From: Candidatus Hydrogenedentota bacterium
Lineage (GTDB): Bacteria; Hydrogenedentota; Hydrogenedentia; Hydrogenedentales; SLHB01
Assembly (NCBI GenBank): GCA_963668025.2
Contig: CAXXTH010000017.1
Span: forward strand, 1,088,001-1,152,000
DNA length: 64,000 nt
Direction: 5' to 3'
Numbering within the stretch: the first letter of the stretch is position 1; each line of letters begins with the position of its first letter. A program made the position numbers and the translations under genes. The notes beneath the pieces are model-generated. The model worked only from the letters and a program-made list of their open reading frames with translations, was not told where the DNA came from and did no database searches. Shown here one piece after another: positions 18,429-28,973 of this stretch.

Positions 18429-21146
18429 TCAGCCCGCGCGGGGTGGAAGCGTTTCGGCGTGTTTAGCGGCTTCAGCTCCCTGCCGGAGGTATTTGCGGCC
18501 TTCATCGGCGAATCCCGCATCGAGCAGGGCGTTGCCCAGTGTGTTGGCGCGGCTGCTGTATTGGCTCCATACTTCCTGTGATGTGGGATAGAGCCGGGCG
18601 GCTTCCTGGTATTCGGCGGCGCTGCGTTTCAAAAGCTCCGCCTTTTCATCAGCTTGTGCGATTCCTCCTTTGAGCCAAAGTGCGCCCGCGTATTGAACGC
18701 GGTGCGACGCCTGGAATGGCCCCCGGCGCACGGCTTTTTCCCCCCAGTTCACGCAGGAGTCCACGAACCGTTCCAATTGCTTGGGGTCATTTTGCTTGGG
18801 GTCATTCTCGAAAGACGCGAGGAGCTGATAGAACTGGCAAAGGCGGGAGGCCAGGCTTGGGCTGTGGGGATACCGCGCATCGGTCTGCTCCATGGCGGCA
18901 ATATGCGCAAGAACGGCTTCGTGCGCCGCCCGCCATCCTGCCGCGCGATTGGATATCACGAAAGATTCCGCGCCCGACAGCGGGGTATCCGGCGCTATGT
19001 CCGCCCACGCTTCCGCTCCCGCGTTGCGGGTTTGGAACACGCCGAACGCTTCGAGTTCGCTCCGTTCGCTGATCAGCGGCTGAAGCATTTTTAGGGTGAT
19101 ACGCGGCGCTTCAGCGGGTTCGGGCGCATCTGGCGCGCATGAAGTGAACAGGTAGCGTGCCGCCTCCATGCGGGCGTTCGATGCGGCCCGGTCGCCCACC
19201 AGGGCATCCACACTGGGTAAAGGCCATGCCGATGCGCCCAGGACAAGCGCGGCCAGGGCCAGCCCGCCGAGAGCGGCGCGCCCGCGCGGTTTTAGCGCAC
19301 GCCAGGAATCTGGCGTTTGCATCATGGCAATGAAGACGCCCGCCAGCATAAATTCCAGGCTGGCCAGGCTGGGATTATTGAAATCGAAGTCCATGGCGGC
19401 ATGCATCAAGAAGGCGAGCAGCCCCGCGAATAGGCCTGCCATTAGCCAGCGTTCACTGGCGTTTTCCTCGAGCCGAATGCGTCGCGCGCCATGCGCCAGT
19501 AGCCATGCCCAAAATCCGATGAATGCGGCGAAGCCCAGGAGTCCCGTCTCGCATAACGCTTGGAGGTAGTCATTGTGCGCCACGGTCACGTCTCCCGCGC
19601 CTGGGTATTGATAGGCTGGATACGCCGCGCCGAAATTGCCAAGGCCCACCCCGGCCAGGGGCCGGTCCGCCGCCATGCGCAAGCCGGTGCGCCAATAGGT
19701 CATGCGGAGCGCCGCCGTACTGAGGTTGGCCAGCTCTTCCATACCGGGGGCGTGTCCAGGAGCGGCTTCTTCGATGCCGCCCGCTTGGCCTTCCGGTGTG
19801 GGAGGCGTGTCCGCACCCATGGACACGATGGCTGTGCATGCTATAAGCACGATGGCTGGCGCGGGCAGGCGGCCATGCAGGCCTCGGCGCATGAACAGCA
19901 ATAGGCTCATGCACGCCAGCGCCGCCAGGAAAGCCAGCAACCCGCCCCGGGAATAGGTCAGGATTAATCCCACGACGGAAAGTGTGAAGGCCGCCAGGCA
20001 TGCCGCCGTTTGCAGCGCCATGCCGTAGAAATGCGCGCCACGCCGGTGGACGGTGTCATAGGCTAGATAGGCCATTGCCAGAGGAACCAATCCGGTATAA
20101 AAAATCCATGGCCAGGGGTGGGCGGTCCACGGGCCGGCATGGAACAAAATGCGGTAGTAACACGCGCTGTAGGCGGCAAACGTGATGGCGGAGGAGACGG
20201 CCCAAACGGCCACGGCGGCGAACCAGGGGATCTCTAGATAATTGTTCGCGTTTTCCTGCACATCGTTTTTGGGGCGTTTCGCCAGCTCCCACAGTTTTAT
20301 TATCCGTGACGCCGCTGCTCCCATCGAAAACAGTGCGGCGGGCAAAAAGAAGGCTGCCAGCGCATTGGCGTATACGAAAGAGCCATAGGCGCGGTTCGAG
20401 TAGAGCCGTTGTTCGAAGGGAGAGCCGCCTGTTTTGCCCGCGTGATAGGCGAGCAGCTCGGGATGGTCTTGCAAGACCGCCCGGGTCAGGGGAAGCAGGT
20501 ACTTGAGATGCAGCACGGCATAGACGGCTTCGCCGATGGCCACGCACGCCAAGGCGCTGAGCACAATGCCTTGTCCTAAACGGCTCCGTAAACCGCACGC
20601 CGCCACGGTGCATATCATGACGTAAGAGGCCCATTGCAGCAGGGCGCGGAACGTTCCGTCGAACTGGATGGACCAGGGTGACACGAGCAGTGCGGCGGCG
20701 AGAAAGGCGGCGGGCATGCATAGGAGGAGCCGTTCTTTTGGACATGCGCCGCCACGCAGCGCCGCATGCCCGGCCCATACGGCGAAAATCGCGCAAGCGG
20801 CCCAAAAAAAGTAGAGGTTTGCTTCCCGGTGGACCACGCCGTCGACAAGGACGCGCAGGATGAGAAAGACGGCGAGGGCGTTGGCCAGAAACAGTTCATG
20901 CTGTTTATCCGGCTCGTGCGGGAACACGAATCGCGCGCCCGCATACAATGACGCCGCCCATAATACGCACAGCGATATCATGGAGACGGAATTGCTGGCC
21001 ACGAGGATAAGCCCCGCCACGGCCGCCACGACGGCGAGTTCGTAGGCCGCCAGGCGATGGCCCGCGGGTGCGGCGGAAGGGTGCGGCGTTTCAGTCGCAG
21101 GCTCTTGTATACGTACAGGCGGTTTATGGCGGGATTTATTAGCCAC
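18429..21146 (-). CDS. O-antigen ligase (Wzy_C) family membrane protein with a TPR-like C-terminus
   Basis: LTYSRGG, R...W...GVGLGNF, AHNDYLQ...ETGLLG; many TM helices. Confidence 0.85.
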   Translation of the reverse strand: MANKSRHKPPVRIQEPATETPHPSAAPAGHRLAAYELAVVAAVAGLILVASNSVSMISLCVLWAASLYAGARFVFPHEPDKQHELFLANALAVFLILRVLVDGVVHREANLYFFWAACAIFAVWAGHAALRGGACPKERLLLCMPAAFLAAALLVSPWSIQFDGTFRALLQWASYVMICTVAACGLRSRLGQGIVLSALACVAIGEAVYAVLHLKYLLPLTRAVLQDHPELLAYHAGKTGGSPFEQRLYSNRAYGSFVYANALAAFFLPAALFSMGAAASRIIKLWELAKRPKNDVQENANNYLEIPWFAAVAVWAVSSAITFAAYSACYYRILFHAGPWTAHPWPWIFYTGLVPLAMAYLAYDTVHRRGAHFYGMALQTAACLAAFTLSVVGLILTYSRGGLLAFLAALACMSLLLFMRRGLHGRLPAPAIVLIACTAIVSMGADTPPTPEGQAGGIEEAAPGHAPGMEELANLSTAALRMTYWRTGLRMAADRPLAGVGLGNFGAAYPAYQYPGAGDVTVAHNDYLQALCETGLLGFAAFIGFWAWLLAHGARRIRLEENASERWLMAGLFAGLLAFLMHAAMDFDFNNPSLASLEFMLAGVFIAMMQTPDSWRALKPRGRAALGGLALAALVLGASAWPLPSVDALVGDRAASNARMEAARYLFTSCAPDAPEPAEAPRITLKMLQPLISERSELEAFGVFQTRNAGAEAWADIAPDTPLSGAESFVISNRAAGWRAAHEAVLAHIAAMEQTDARYPHSPSLASRLCQFYQLLASFENDPKQNDPKQLERFVDSCVNWGEKAVRRGPFQASHRVQYAGALWLKGGIAQADEKAELLKRSAAEYQEAARLYPTSQEVWSQYSSRANTLGNALLDAGFADEGRKYLRQGAEAAKHAETLPPRAG

Positions 21147-22263
21147 GGTGCTTATCCGAGCGCCCGTTCATGCCTACGCGGATGAGCAACGCGATGAGGC
21201 CATATAAGCCGATGGCTTGGGCGATGAGGATCACGGTGCCCCATCGATCCACCTGGCGAAGCAGAATCGCCCCGAGGCCCGCCAGCACGGCCACCAATAA
21301 AATGAACGCGACTGCTTGAAACTGTGTCATGCCCAGCGCCACGAGGCGGTGCGAGAAGTGGCGTTTGTCGCCTTTCATGATCGATTCGCCCCGGCTCCAG
21401 CGGATATAGACGACGCTGAGCGTGTCGAACAAGGGGACGCTCAAGGCCAGCAAAGGCGCGATGACGGCCACCCTCGAGGGCGTGGTGGAGGTGTAGAATG
21501 TGCCTAATACCGCGCCCACCGACAGCACATAGCCGCAGAACATCGAGCCAGCGTCACCCATGTAGATGCGTGCGGGATTCACGTTGTGGACGAGGAATCC
21601 CGTCACGGCTCCCGCGAACACCACCAGCAACACGCAGACAAAGGTGTCGTGGGGCGAGACGCATAAAAACATCGAGAACGCGGCGATGGCTGATACACCC
21701 GCGGACAGGCCGTCCATGTTGTCCAGGAAATTGAGGGCGTTCATCATGAAGATGATCCAGAACATGGTGATCCCGCTCGCGATGAGCACGGCGAGCCAGG
21801 AATTATCAAGCAAGGAAGGCATAAACAATTCGAGGCGTGTGCCGCTGAGGACGACCACCAGCGCCGCCAAGATTTGGCCCGCGAGCTTTTTCTCCGGTGA
21901 AAGTGCTTTCAGGTCGTCCACGACGCCTAGGATAAACACAATAAGCCCGCCCAGCGCCAGCGCTCCGAGCTTCCAATACAGGCTGCCGCCGAAAAACGAC
22001 AAGATATTAGTTTCCAGCCATTCGAGCCCGAAATGGCGGACAGGTTCGAGGAGCAGCAGATTGCCGAGAATCACTAGGTAAAAGGTGGCGAAGATGGCCA
22101 CGCCGCCCAGGAGCGGCACAGGCTCTTTCTGCATTTTACGTTCGCCGGGGTGGTCGTACACGCCCCAGCGTATGGCCAGCGAACGGACAACAGACGTGAG
22201 CGCCACCGAGATCCCGAATGATACGGCGAATGCATACGTGTAAATGAGATACCAGTTAGTCAT
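21139..22263 (-). CDS. WecA/MraY-family undecaprenyl-phosphate GlcNAc-1-P transferase
   Basis: GVVDD, NALNFLDNMDGL, YMGDAGS, DKRHFSHRL. Confidence 0.92.
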   Translation of the reverse strand: MTNWYLIYTYAFAVSFGISVALTSVVRSLAIRWGVYDHPGERKMQKEPVPLLGGVAIFATFYLVILGNLLLLEPVRHFGLEWLETNILSFFGGSLYWKLGALALGGLIVFILGVVDDLKALSPEKKLAGQILAALVVVLSGTRLELFMPSLLDNSWLAVLIASGITMFWIIFMMNALNFLDNMDGLSAGVSAIAAFSMFLCVSPHDTFVCVLLVVFAGAVTGFLVHNVNPARIYMGDAGSMFCGYVLSVGAVLGTFYTSTTPSRVAVIAPLLALSVPLFDTLSVVYIRWSRGESIMKGDKRHFSHRLVALGMTQFQAVAFILLVAVLAGLGAILLRQVDRWGTVILIAQAIGLYGLIALLIRVGMNGRSDKHRG

Positions 22264-22287
22264 GGTCTTTCCGTTCGGCCAAGCGCG

Positions 22288-23382
22288 CTATAGGAGCGAC
22301 GCATAACACTCGAATTCCTGGCGCGCAATCACAGCCGCATCGAATTCGCGCGACACGCGCAGCCGGGCCGTTTCACCCATGCGCCGCCGCAGTGCGCCAT
22401 CGGCGAGGAGGCTGTTCACGGCCTCCGCCAGCGCATCCGCGTCGCGGGGCGGCACATTCCATCCGGTCTCGCCGTCGCGGTTGACGAACTCGACCCCCGT
22501 GCCCAGCCGGGTCGCCACCACGGGCTTCCCGCAGGCATGGGCTTCGAGCATGCTGATGCCGTAGGCCTCGCTGCGCGCCACGGAGGGAAACGCGAACACC
22601 TCACACCCGTGGAGATGCGCCACTAATTCCTCGTGCGGCAATTCCCCTGGAAACGCGATCTGGACGCCGAGTTCCTTTGCAAGCGCTTCACAGCGCGGCC
22701 GTTCGGGGCCATCGCCCGCGATTACTACCGGCGCTTGGATATGCACAGCGGCCCGTACCAGATATTCGATGCCCTTGTAATACCGGTGTTTTCCGGAGAA
22801 GAGCACATATCCCCCGCCATACCGCTCGCGCAACTCCTTTATGCGCGCTGCGCCTGGAGCCGCAAAGGCCGCCGGTTCGATTCCTAATGGAATCACCTTG
22901 CACCGCGCCCGCACATCGAGTAGCGTAGGCGACGTGGCCGCATACTGCTCCGAGGCGGCTAAAATCATATCAGCTTTCTTCAGGAAATTCATTTGCAGCG
23001 GCCCATAAAAACGCATGGCGGAGGCCTGCCGCACCACATCACTCTGATAACGCACCACGAGCCTGCCGTTGGGACGCGCCAGCAGCCAGCCCAGTTCCGC
23101 CGTGGGATTCGGGACATGGACCACATAGATATCCGCGCGGATGCGACGAATATGCCAAGGAAACAGGGGAGAAACCGGCGCGCTTTGGAAACGGCCAAAT
23201 TCAGCCACCTCGGTCACGCGCACGCCTTCGCGTACGACGGTGCGCGTGCGCATGGTTCGGCTGCACGTGAGGGCTTCCACCTCCGCCCACGCTTGCTGGT
23301 AGCGGCACATGAGGGCCATGTGCCGTTCCATGCCTCCATGGACGGGCGGGTCAAAATCTTTATAGATATGCAGGATCTTCAT
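22288..23382 (-). CDS. Glycosyltransferase family 4
   Basis: GGMERH, KGIEYL, SEAYGISMLEAHACGKPVV. Confidence 0.92.
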   Translation of the reverse strand: MKILHIYKDFDPPVHGGMERHMALMCRYQQAWAEVEALTCSRTMRTRTVVREGVRVTEVAEFGRFQSAPVSPLFPWHIRRIRADIYVVHVPNPTAELGWLLARPNGRLVVRYQSDVVRQASAMRFYGPLQMNFLKKADMILAASEQYAATSPTLLDVRARCKVIPLGIEPAAFAAPGAARIKELRERYGGGYVLFSGKHRYYKGIEYLVRAAVHIQAPVVIAGDGPERPRCEALAKELGVQIAFPGELPHEELVAHLHGCEVFAFPSVARSEAYGISMLEAHACGKPVVATRLGTGVEFVNRDGETGWNVPPRDADALAEAVNSLLADGALRRRMGETARLRVSREFDAAVIARQEFECYASLL

Positions 23383-23680
23383 CTGAAATGGGCATATTTC
23401 CGCCAGAGCCGGCCTTGGCGCTAAGCGTACATCTTACACCAGAAGCCGGGGGCGAGATCGAGGAGAACAACCATCTAGGGCATTGGCTTCAAATGTGCTG
23501 GCTCTTTGCGTGGCGTTTTGCTTGGCCTTATTCATCATCGGACGGATTGGGGGGATCGGACGGATCGGTTTTACATGGGCTGGACGGCCATGCTTTATAT
23601 TCGATTTCTTTTTTCCTTGTTCGTATAATGATGCGGCAATAACTGATGTGGGATACGGCGTCTCCGATTGGAAACAGCAT

Positions 23681-25102
23681 ATGGCGAATCTTTACCATCC
23701 CGAAAAGGCCACTAAGCGCATAGGCGCGCTGCTCATCGAGAGTGATCTGATCACCGAAAAGCAGTTGCAGGAGGCCCTGGCTCTTCAGCAGAAGCAAGGG
23801 GGGAAAATTGTCGAGACGCTGATTTCGCTGGGATATCTTAACACCGCCGAATTCACCCGTTTTTTAGCGAGGCAAGGGCTTCCCGCAGTCGATTTGTCGC
23901 AATATGAGATTCCGCGTGATCTCCTGGAATTGGTGCCCAAATCCCTCGCCAATAAACACAAGATTGTTCCCATTGATAAGCTGGGCTCACATTTAACTAT
24001 TGCCATGGAATGCCCGCTCGACTCGCATGCTATTGAGGAAATCCGTGAGGCCACCGGGCTCAAGGTGCGGCCTGTTTTGTGTTCCGCGAAGGATGTCGAG
24101 GCGGTTCTTGCCCGGTATTATAGAGAGCCAGTGGATGAGGAAGCCGCGCATTTAGAGAAACTGCATGCGGTCGCTGGGCTTAAGACATTCCCGCTCCCCC
24201 CCGCGGCGCCTGTCTCGATGCCGGCATTGGCCTCCACAGCCGAACTGCCGGAAGCAGGCGGGCCGGTGTCGATGCTCAGTGCGCCATTGAAGCTAAAAGG
24301 GATTTCGACGCTTATCCGCAACCTCGAGTCGCTTCCGACATTGCCCGACACGGTCATGAAGGTGCGGCAGGCGTTGAACTCGCCTTATAAAGGCGCGCGG
24401 GATGTGTCGCAGATCATCCTTTCGGATCCGCCCATCGCCGCGAAACTGTTGAGCATCGTGAATTCACCGGCATATGGCCTCCCCCAGAAAGTGAAAGATA
24501 TCGGCCTTGCCGTTTCGCTTCTCGGGATTGATGAGACCTGCTCGATAGTCTTTTCCGTGGCGGTGATTCAGGCCATGGGCGGGAGCAAACAAGAGGCCTA
24601 TCGCCGTTTTTGGAACTCCGCGCTGCGTTGCGCCCGCATTTCCAATATCATCGCTTTGGCGCGCGGCGAAAAGCTGAGCGGAGCCGTGTTCTCCGCAGGG
24701 CTATTGCATGATATTGGCAAGCTTGCCCTGATCCAAGTAGTTCCGCAGCGGTATGAAAGCATACCTTCAGAGCTGTTTGGAATGGACCTGCTGGCTGCTG
24801 AAGAGGAAATGATTGGCCTCACCCACGCCGAGGCGGGCTATATTTTAGCGGATTACTGGAATTTGCCCGAGGAGATTGTGGAGGCCATTCGGCATCATCA
24901 CCACCCTGAGCGCGCGGAAAAAGCGCCCGGACTCGTGGCCACGGTGACTGTTGCTGATGTGCTCACCCAGGCGGATCGCGTCCTGGTGCGTGAATGCGGG
25001 GGCGCTTTTACTGTGCTCAAATCCAGCCCAGATATCGTTGTCGAGATCATGCGCGCGGGACTCGGCCTGTTCGACGAATCCATCCGTATTCCGTCAATGT
25101 GA
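23681..25102 (+). CDS. MshEN/GspE-N plus HDOD domain signalling protein
   Basis: RIGALLIESDLITEKQLQEALALQ; LPTLP, DPPIAAKLLSIVNS, GLLHDIGKL, HAEAG...WNLP...HH. Confidence 0.85.
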   Translation: MANLYHPEKATKRIGALLIESDLITEKQLQEALALQQKQGGKIVETLISLGYLNTAEFTRFLARQGLPAVDLSQYEIPRDLLELVPKSLANKHKIVPIDKLGSHLTIAMECPLDSHAIEEIREATGLKVRPVLCSAKDVEAVLARYYREPVDEEAAHLEKLHAVAGLKTFPLPPAAPVSMPALASTAELPEAGGPVSMLSAPLKLKGISTLIRNLESLPTLPDTVMKVRQALNSPYKGARDVSQIILSDPPIAAKLLSIVNSPAYGLPQKVKDIGLAVSLLGIDETCSIVFSVAVIQAMGGSKQEAYRRFWNSALRCARISNIIALARGEKLSGAVFSAGLLHDIGKLALIQVVPQRYESIPSELFGMDLLAAEEEMIGLTHAEAGYILADYWNLPEEIVEAIRHHHHPERAEKAPGLVATVTVADVLTQADRVLVRECGGAFTVLKSSPDIVVEIMRAGLGLFDESIRIPSM

Positions 25103-25295
25103 ACTTTCGGGCTAGGATAGAATCAGTACACCGCAGTCGATGGAATGGCTTTTGCGAGTTTTTGTTGAGTTGAACGTAGCATGGGCGTCTCGCCGCAAAA
25201 AACCGTTTCATTGATTGAATAGAAGGCGGTTTAAATTTGTTTGTCTTATGTGCGGAATATGCTGGACGTTTGGGCTGCAAGTGTTCATAATATAG

Positions 25296-26177
25296 GTGGA
25301 TTCGGAGAAACGCGAATCGAGCTTGCTGATGATGGCGCCGAAGGTGTTTCGTTCAGATATCGCACAAGGCCTTCGGGATTTGGGCGTGAAACGGGGAGAT
25401 GCTGTGCTGCTGCATAGCTCGCTGCGCAGTTTTGGCGAGGTGGAGCAGGGCGCGGATGGGGTCATTGACGGTTTTCTCGACGCCGTGGGCGCGGAAGGCT
25501 TGGTGATGGCTCCTACGCTGACGGGCGGGCCGCAATTCTCGCCGGAGAATCCGCCGCAACTGGATTTACGCACCGCGCCATGCTGGACAGGCCTGATCGC
25601 CGAGACGCTTCGCAAACGGCCGGGCGCTATCCGCAGTGTCCATCCAACCCATTCCTGCGCCGTATTAGGCGGCCGCGCCGGGGAGTTGACACACCGCCAT
25701 TTCTTGTCCCCGACGCCATGCGGTGCTTTCTCCCCCTATTTCCGCTTGGCCCAGGCGGGCGGATACATCGCCATGGCGGGCTGCGGACTAGAATGCTGCA
25801 CCACCTTCCATACCGTTGAAGAATTGGCCAATGCGCCCTACCATTTGCAGATGGGCGTTTCGTTCGGCGCGTGCATCGGCCCAGACGGCCAGCAGGTGGA
25901 TACGCCGTGCCGCTTGCATTCTTATCATGGCCCCGAGCGCGATTTCCCCGTGATGGAATCCGTGCTTTTAGCGAAAGGCTCCATGCGGAAAGGCCGGATC
26001 GGCGCGAGTATGCTCCGGCTTATCAGCGCGATGGAATTGATAGAATTGGCATTGGACAGGGTCCGATTCGACCCCTTCTACCTCACCGTGTACCGGGGAC
26101 GAGGAGCTGATTGGATGGCTGCGCGCGCCCGGGCGCAAGACACAAGGCTTGCAGGAAAGCTGGCGGAGCCTGGTTGA
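25296..26177 (+). CDS. AAC(3)-family N-acetyltransferase (YokD-like)
   Basis: LGVKRGDAVLLHSSL, GLIAE, RSVHPTHS, TTFHTVEE. Start may lie a few codons downstream. Confidence 0.85.
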   Translation: MDSEKRESSLLMMAPKVFRSDIAQGLRDLGVKRGDAVLLHSSLRSFGEVEQGADGVIDGFLDAVGAEGLVMAPTLTGGPQFSPENPPQLDLRTAPCWTGLIAETLRKRPGAIRSVHPTHSCAVLGGRAGELTHRHFLSPTPCGAFSPYFRLAQAGGYIAMAGCGLECCTTFHTVEELANAPYHLQMGVSFGACIGPDGQQVDTPCRLHSYHGPERDFPVMESVLLAKGSMRKGRIGASMLRLISAMELIELALDRVRFDPFYLTVYRGRGADWMAARARAQDTRLAGKLAEPG

Positions 26178-26203
26178 CAGGCTTTCATAGTGAGTGGTAT
26201 GAT
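26174..26203 (+). promoter_or_regulatory. Putative sigma70 promoter of hpf
   Basis: TTGACA (26174), 18 bp spacer, TATGAT (26198) with upstream TG. Confidence 0.6.
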
Positions 26204-26249
26204 CCGCGCTTGCGTCACGCGGACCTAAGTATAGGAGGGACAATAGATT

Positions 26250-26807
26250 ATGCGCATTGCAATCGCCGGACGCCATATGGAAGTCACAGACGCGTTGAAA
26301 TTGCACGTCGAAAGTGGCTTGCAAAAAATACGAACGCACTTTGATCGCGTGATGGATGCGGATGTTGTGCTGGACGTGGAAAAGCACCGGCACATCGCGG
26401 AAATCACCCTGCATGCGAATGGCATCCGCATCCATGGCAGAGAAACCTCTGATGACATGTATGCATCACTCGATGCGGTGATCAGCAAGCTCGAGAAACA
26501 GGTCCAGAAATTCAAGGATCGTATAAACCGCTATCAGCCGCGCAAGGGCGTGGAGATGCGCGATTATATGCACAATATCATCGCGTATGAGCCCATGGAA
26601 GGCGAGGGGGGCATTCAGGAGACCTCTCATCGCGTAGTCAAACGGGAACAGTTGCCGATGAAGCCGATGTCGGTGGAAGAAGCGGGCATGCAGTTGGAGC
26701 TTTCGGGCGAGCATTTCTTGGTGTTCTCGAATGCGGACACCCAGCAGGTGAATGTGATTTATGCGCGTGAAGATGGCACGTTTGGGCTAATCGAGCCTCA
26801 ATTCTAA
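26250..26807 (+). CDS. hpf: Ribosome hibernation promoting factor, long form
   Basis: GRHMEVTDAL, DMYASLD...KLEKQ, KPMSVEEA...YAREDGTFGLIEP. Confidence 0.94.
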   Translation: MRIAIAGRHMEVTDALKLHVESGLQKIRTHFDRVMDADVVLDVEKHRHIAEITLHANGIRIHGRETSDDMYASLDAVISKLEKQVQKFKDRINRYQPRKGVEMRDYMHNIIAYEPMEGEGGIQETSHRVVKREQLPMKPMSVEEAGMQLELSGEHFLVFSNADTQQVNVIYAREDGTFGLIEPQF

Positions 26808-26818
26808 ACGCCAGCCCC

Positions 26819-26854
26819 AGGGGAAATCCGTTTCGAGAAGCGGATTTCCCCTTT
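26819..26854 (+). terminator. Stem-loop/terminator after hpf
   Basis: AGGGGAAATCCGTTT-CGAG-AAGCGGATTTCCCCT-TT. Confidence 0.7.
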
Positions 26855-26928
26855 ATCATGCGCATCGTTGCCAGCCTATACAGTTGAGTTGGCTTTCCTC
26901 TGTGCGGTTGTGATAGGGTGCAAACTCG

Positions 26929-27897
26929 ATGGACACGGAAAATCTTCCCATCAACCGAAAAAGCAGCATCGCGGTAGCCCGTCTCATCGAGGAAATGGCG
27001 GACGACCTGGATATCCGTGTCATTGCGGGATTCCAGGGCTCGGGCCGCCCGATGTATACTTCCGATGTCAACCGCCCCGGGCTCGCGTTGAGCGGGTATC
27101 TGGATTATTTCGCCAGCGACCGCATTCAGATCCTGGGCAATACGGAAATTCATTTCATGGAGAGGCTGTCCGCCGCGGAATTGCAGGGGCGGCTGAACCT
27201 GATGTTCTCTTTCGAGATACCCGCATTCCTTCTTTCGCGCAATCTCGAGCCGCGCAAGGTCTTCCTCGATATGTGCAACCGGCGGGGCTTGCCCGTGCTT
27301 CAATCGAGCAAAAGCACCGATGAAGTCATCAGCCGGGTCATTTTATTCCTGGCCGATGAATTTTCGCCGGAGACGATGGTGCATGGCTCGGCGGTGGAAT
27401 GCTTTGGCGTGGGCTGCTTGATTGTGGGCGTGCCGGGCATTGGTAAGAGCGAGACGGCCGTCGAGCTGGTCGAGCGGGGCCACCGGCTTGTCGCCGATGA
27501 CATGGTCACGTTGCGCCGGCGCCGCGAGGATTCCTTGTATGCGGAATCCACGCCAGTCATCGAGCACCACATGGAAATTCGCGGCCTCGGTATTATTGAT
27601 ATCAAGAGCGTATTCGGCGTTGGGCGGGTCCGCAATGTCAAACGCATCGGCCTTGTCATAGAACTCGAGGAATGGAAGCAAGACGCCCAATATGATCGCA
27701 CGGGTCTGACGGATGAGTATGTGACGATATTAGGCGTCAAGATTCCGTATTTGTTGATTCCGGTGCGTCCTGGCCGTAATATTGCGGTGATACTCGAAGT
27801 AGCCGCGCTGAACCACCGCTTGAAGGAGCTGGGCGTTCATCCGGCGCAGCGGCTGAACCAGCGGTTAATCAGCATGATGAATGCGAGCGATGCCTGA
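26929..27897 (+). CDS. hprK: HPr kinase/phosphorylase
   Basis: NRPGLALSG, GIGKSETAVELVERGHRLVADD, MEIRGLGII, PVRPGRN. Confidence 0.96.
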   Translation: MDTENLPINRKSSIAVARLIEEMADDLDIRVIAGFQGSGRPMYTSDVNRPGLALSGYLDYFASDRIQILGNTEIHFMERLSAAELQGRLNLMFSFEIPAFLLSRNLEPRKVFLDMCNRRGLPVLQSSKSTDEVISRVILFLADEFSPETMVHGSAVECFGVGCLIVGVPGIGKSETAVELVERGHRLVADDMVTLRRRREDSLYAESTPVIEHHMEIRGLGIIDIKSVFGVGRVRNVKRIGLVIELEEWKQDAQYDRTGLTDEYVTILGVKIPYLLIPVRPGRNIAVILEVAALNHRLKELGVHPAQRLNQRLISMMNASDA

Positions 27898-28756
27898 TTC
27901 CCCCCGATTCGTGCTTGTAACCGGCCTCTCGGGCGCTGGAAAAAGCCAAGCCCTCCGCTTCTTGGAAGACCTGGGTTTTTACTGCGTGGACAATCTTCCC
28001 GCGGAGTTGATCCCGACGCTCGGCGAGGTGGCGCTGGCTCCTGGCCATCCGCGAAGGCGCATGGCGGTTTGCGTGGACGCCCGCGCGGGCGATGAGCTTA
28101 TCAAGCTTCCGGCCTATATCGAGGCCGTGGCGGAAAGCGGCGTCCGCCCGGACACGCTATTTCTTGATACGTCGAATGAAGTGCTTTTGCAGCGGTATAG
28201 CGAATCGCGCCGCCGCCATCCGAATGCGCCGGATGGCGATGTGGAGGCGGGCATCACGCGCGAGCGGAAGCTCCTGGGGCCCATTCGTGAACGGGCCGAT
28301 CTGGTCATCGACACCAGTACGACTTCCGTGTCGGAATTGCGCGAGCGCATTGCCGAGGCGTTTCACGGCAAACGCGAGAACCAGGAATTGATCGCTACGG
28401 TGATGTCGTTTGGTTTCAAGTACGGCCTTCCTCAGGAAGCCGATGTCGTATTTGATGTTCGTTTCTTGCCTAATCCCCATTACGACAAGGATTTGCGGCC
28501 CTGGACCGGGAATGAGCCCGATGTGCGGGATTTCGTGTTACATAACAAGGTGGCGGAAGAATTTCTCGACCGCACGCAAGGCCTGTTGAAGTTTTTGCTG
28601 CCGCATTATGCGGCGGAGCCGAAGTCTTATTTGACCATTGCCGTGGGGTGTACTGGAGGCAGGCATCGTTCGGTGGCCGTAGCCCATCATCTCGCCTTGT
28701 TTTTGCGGGAGTTGAAATATAATACCCGGCTTCGGCACCGGGATATTGAGAGATAA
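27890..28756 (+). CDS. rapZ: RNase adapter RapZ
   Basis: TGLSGAGKS, CVDNLP, SFGFKYG, DVRFLPNP, GCTGGRHRSV. Confidence 0.95.
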   Translation: MPDSPRFVLVTGLSGAGKSQALRFLEDLGFYCVDNLPAELIPTLGEVALAPGHPRRRMAVCVDARAGDELIKLPAYIEAVAESGVRPDTLFLDTSNEVLLQRYSESRRRHPNAPDGDVEAGITRERKLLGPIRERADLVIDTSTTSVSELRERIAEAFHGKRENQELIATVMSFGFKYGLPQEADVVFDVRFLPNPHYDKDLRPWTGNEPDVRDFVLHNKVAEEFLDRTQGLLKFLLPHYAAEPKSYLTIAVGCTGGRHRSVAVAHHLALFLRELKYNTRLRHRDIER

Positions 28757-28973
28757 GGCGGGATATGGAAGGCATGGAGCGAAACGGGGCGGACGGCTTG
28801 CGTAAAAAACGGCATGTTTTCCATATGAAACGGGATGTATTGCTCTGCCCGGCCGCTTTTCTTGCGTCATGCGTGAATCCGCCATTTGGTTTGAGTATCA
28901 TAGGCCATATTCGTACAAAGCCAGGTTATTCTCGGACGCACTAATAGGGGCTGTGAAGCCACGGGAAAGCATT

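Noticed and set aside
23483-23680. N-terminal extension of the HDOD ORF (IGRIGGIGRIG)
   Set aside because: It is read-through of an intergenic nonamer repeat; the domain begins after ATG 23681.
25296-26177. Acquired aminoglycoside resistance gene
   Set aside because: Host-like composition, no mobile context, and many AAC(3)-family members have other substrates.
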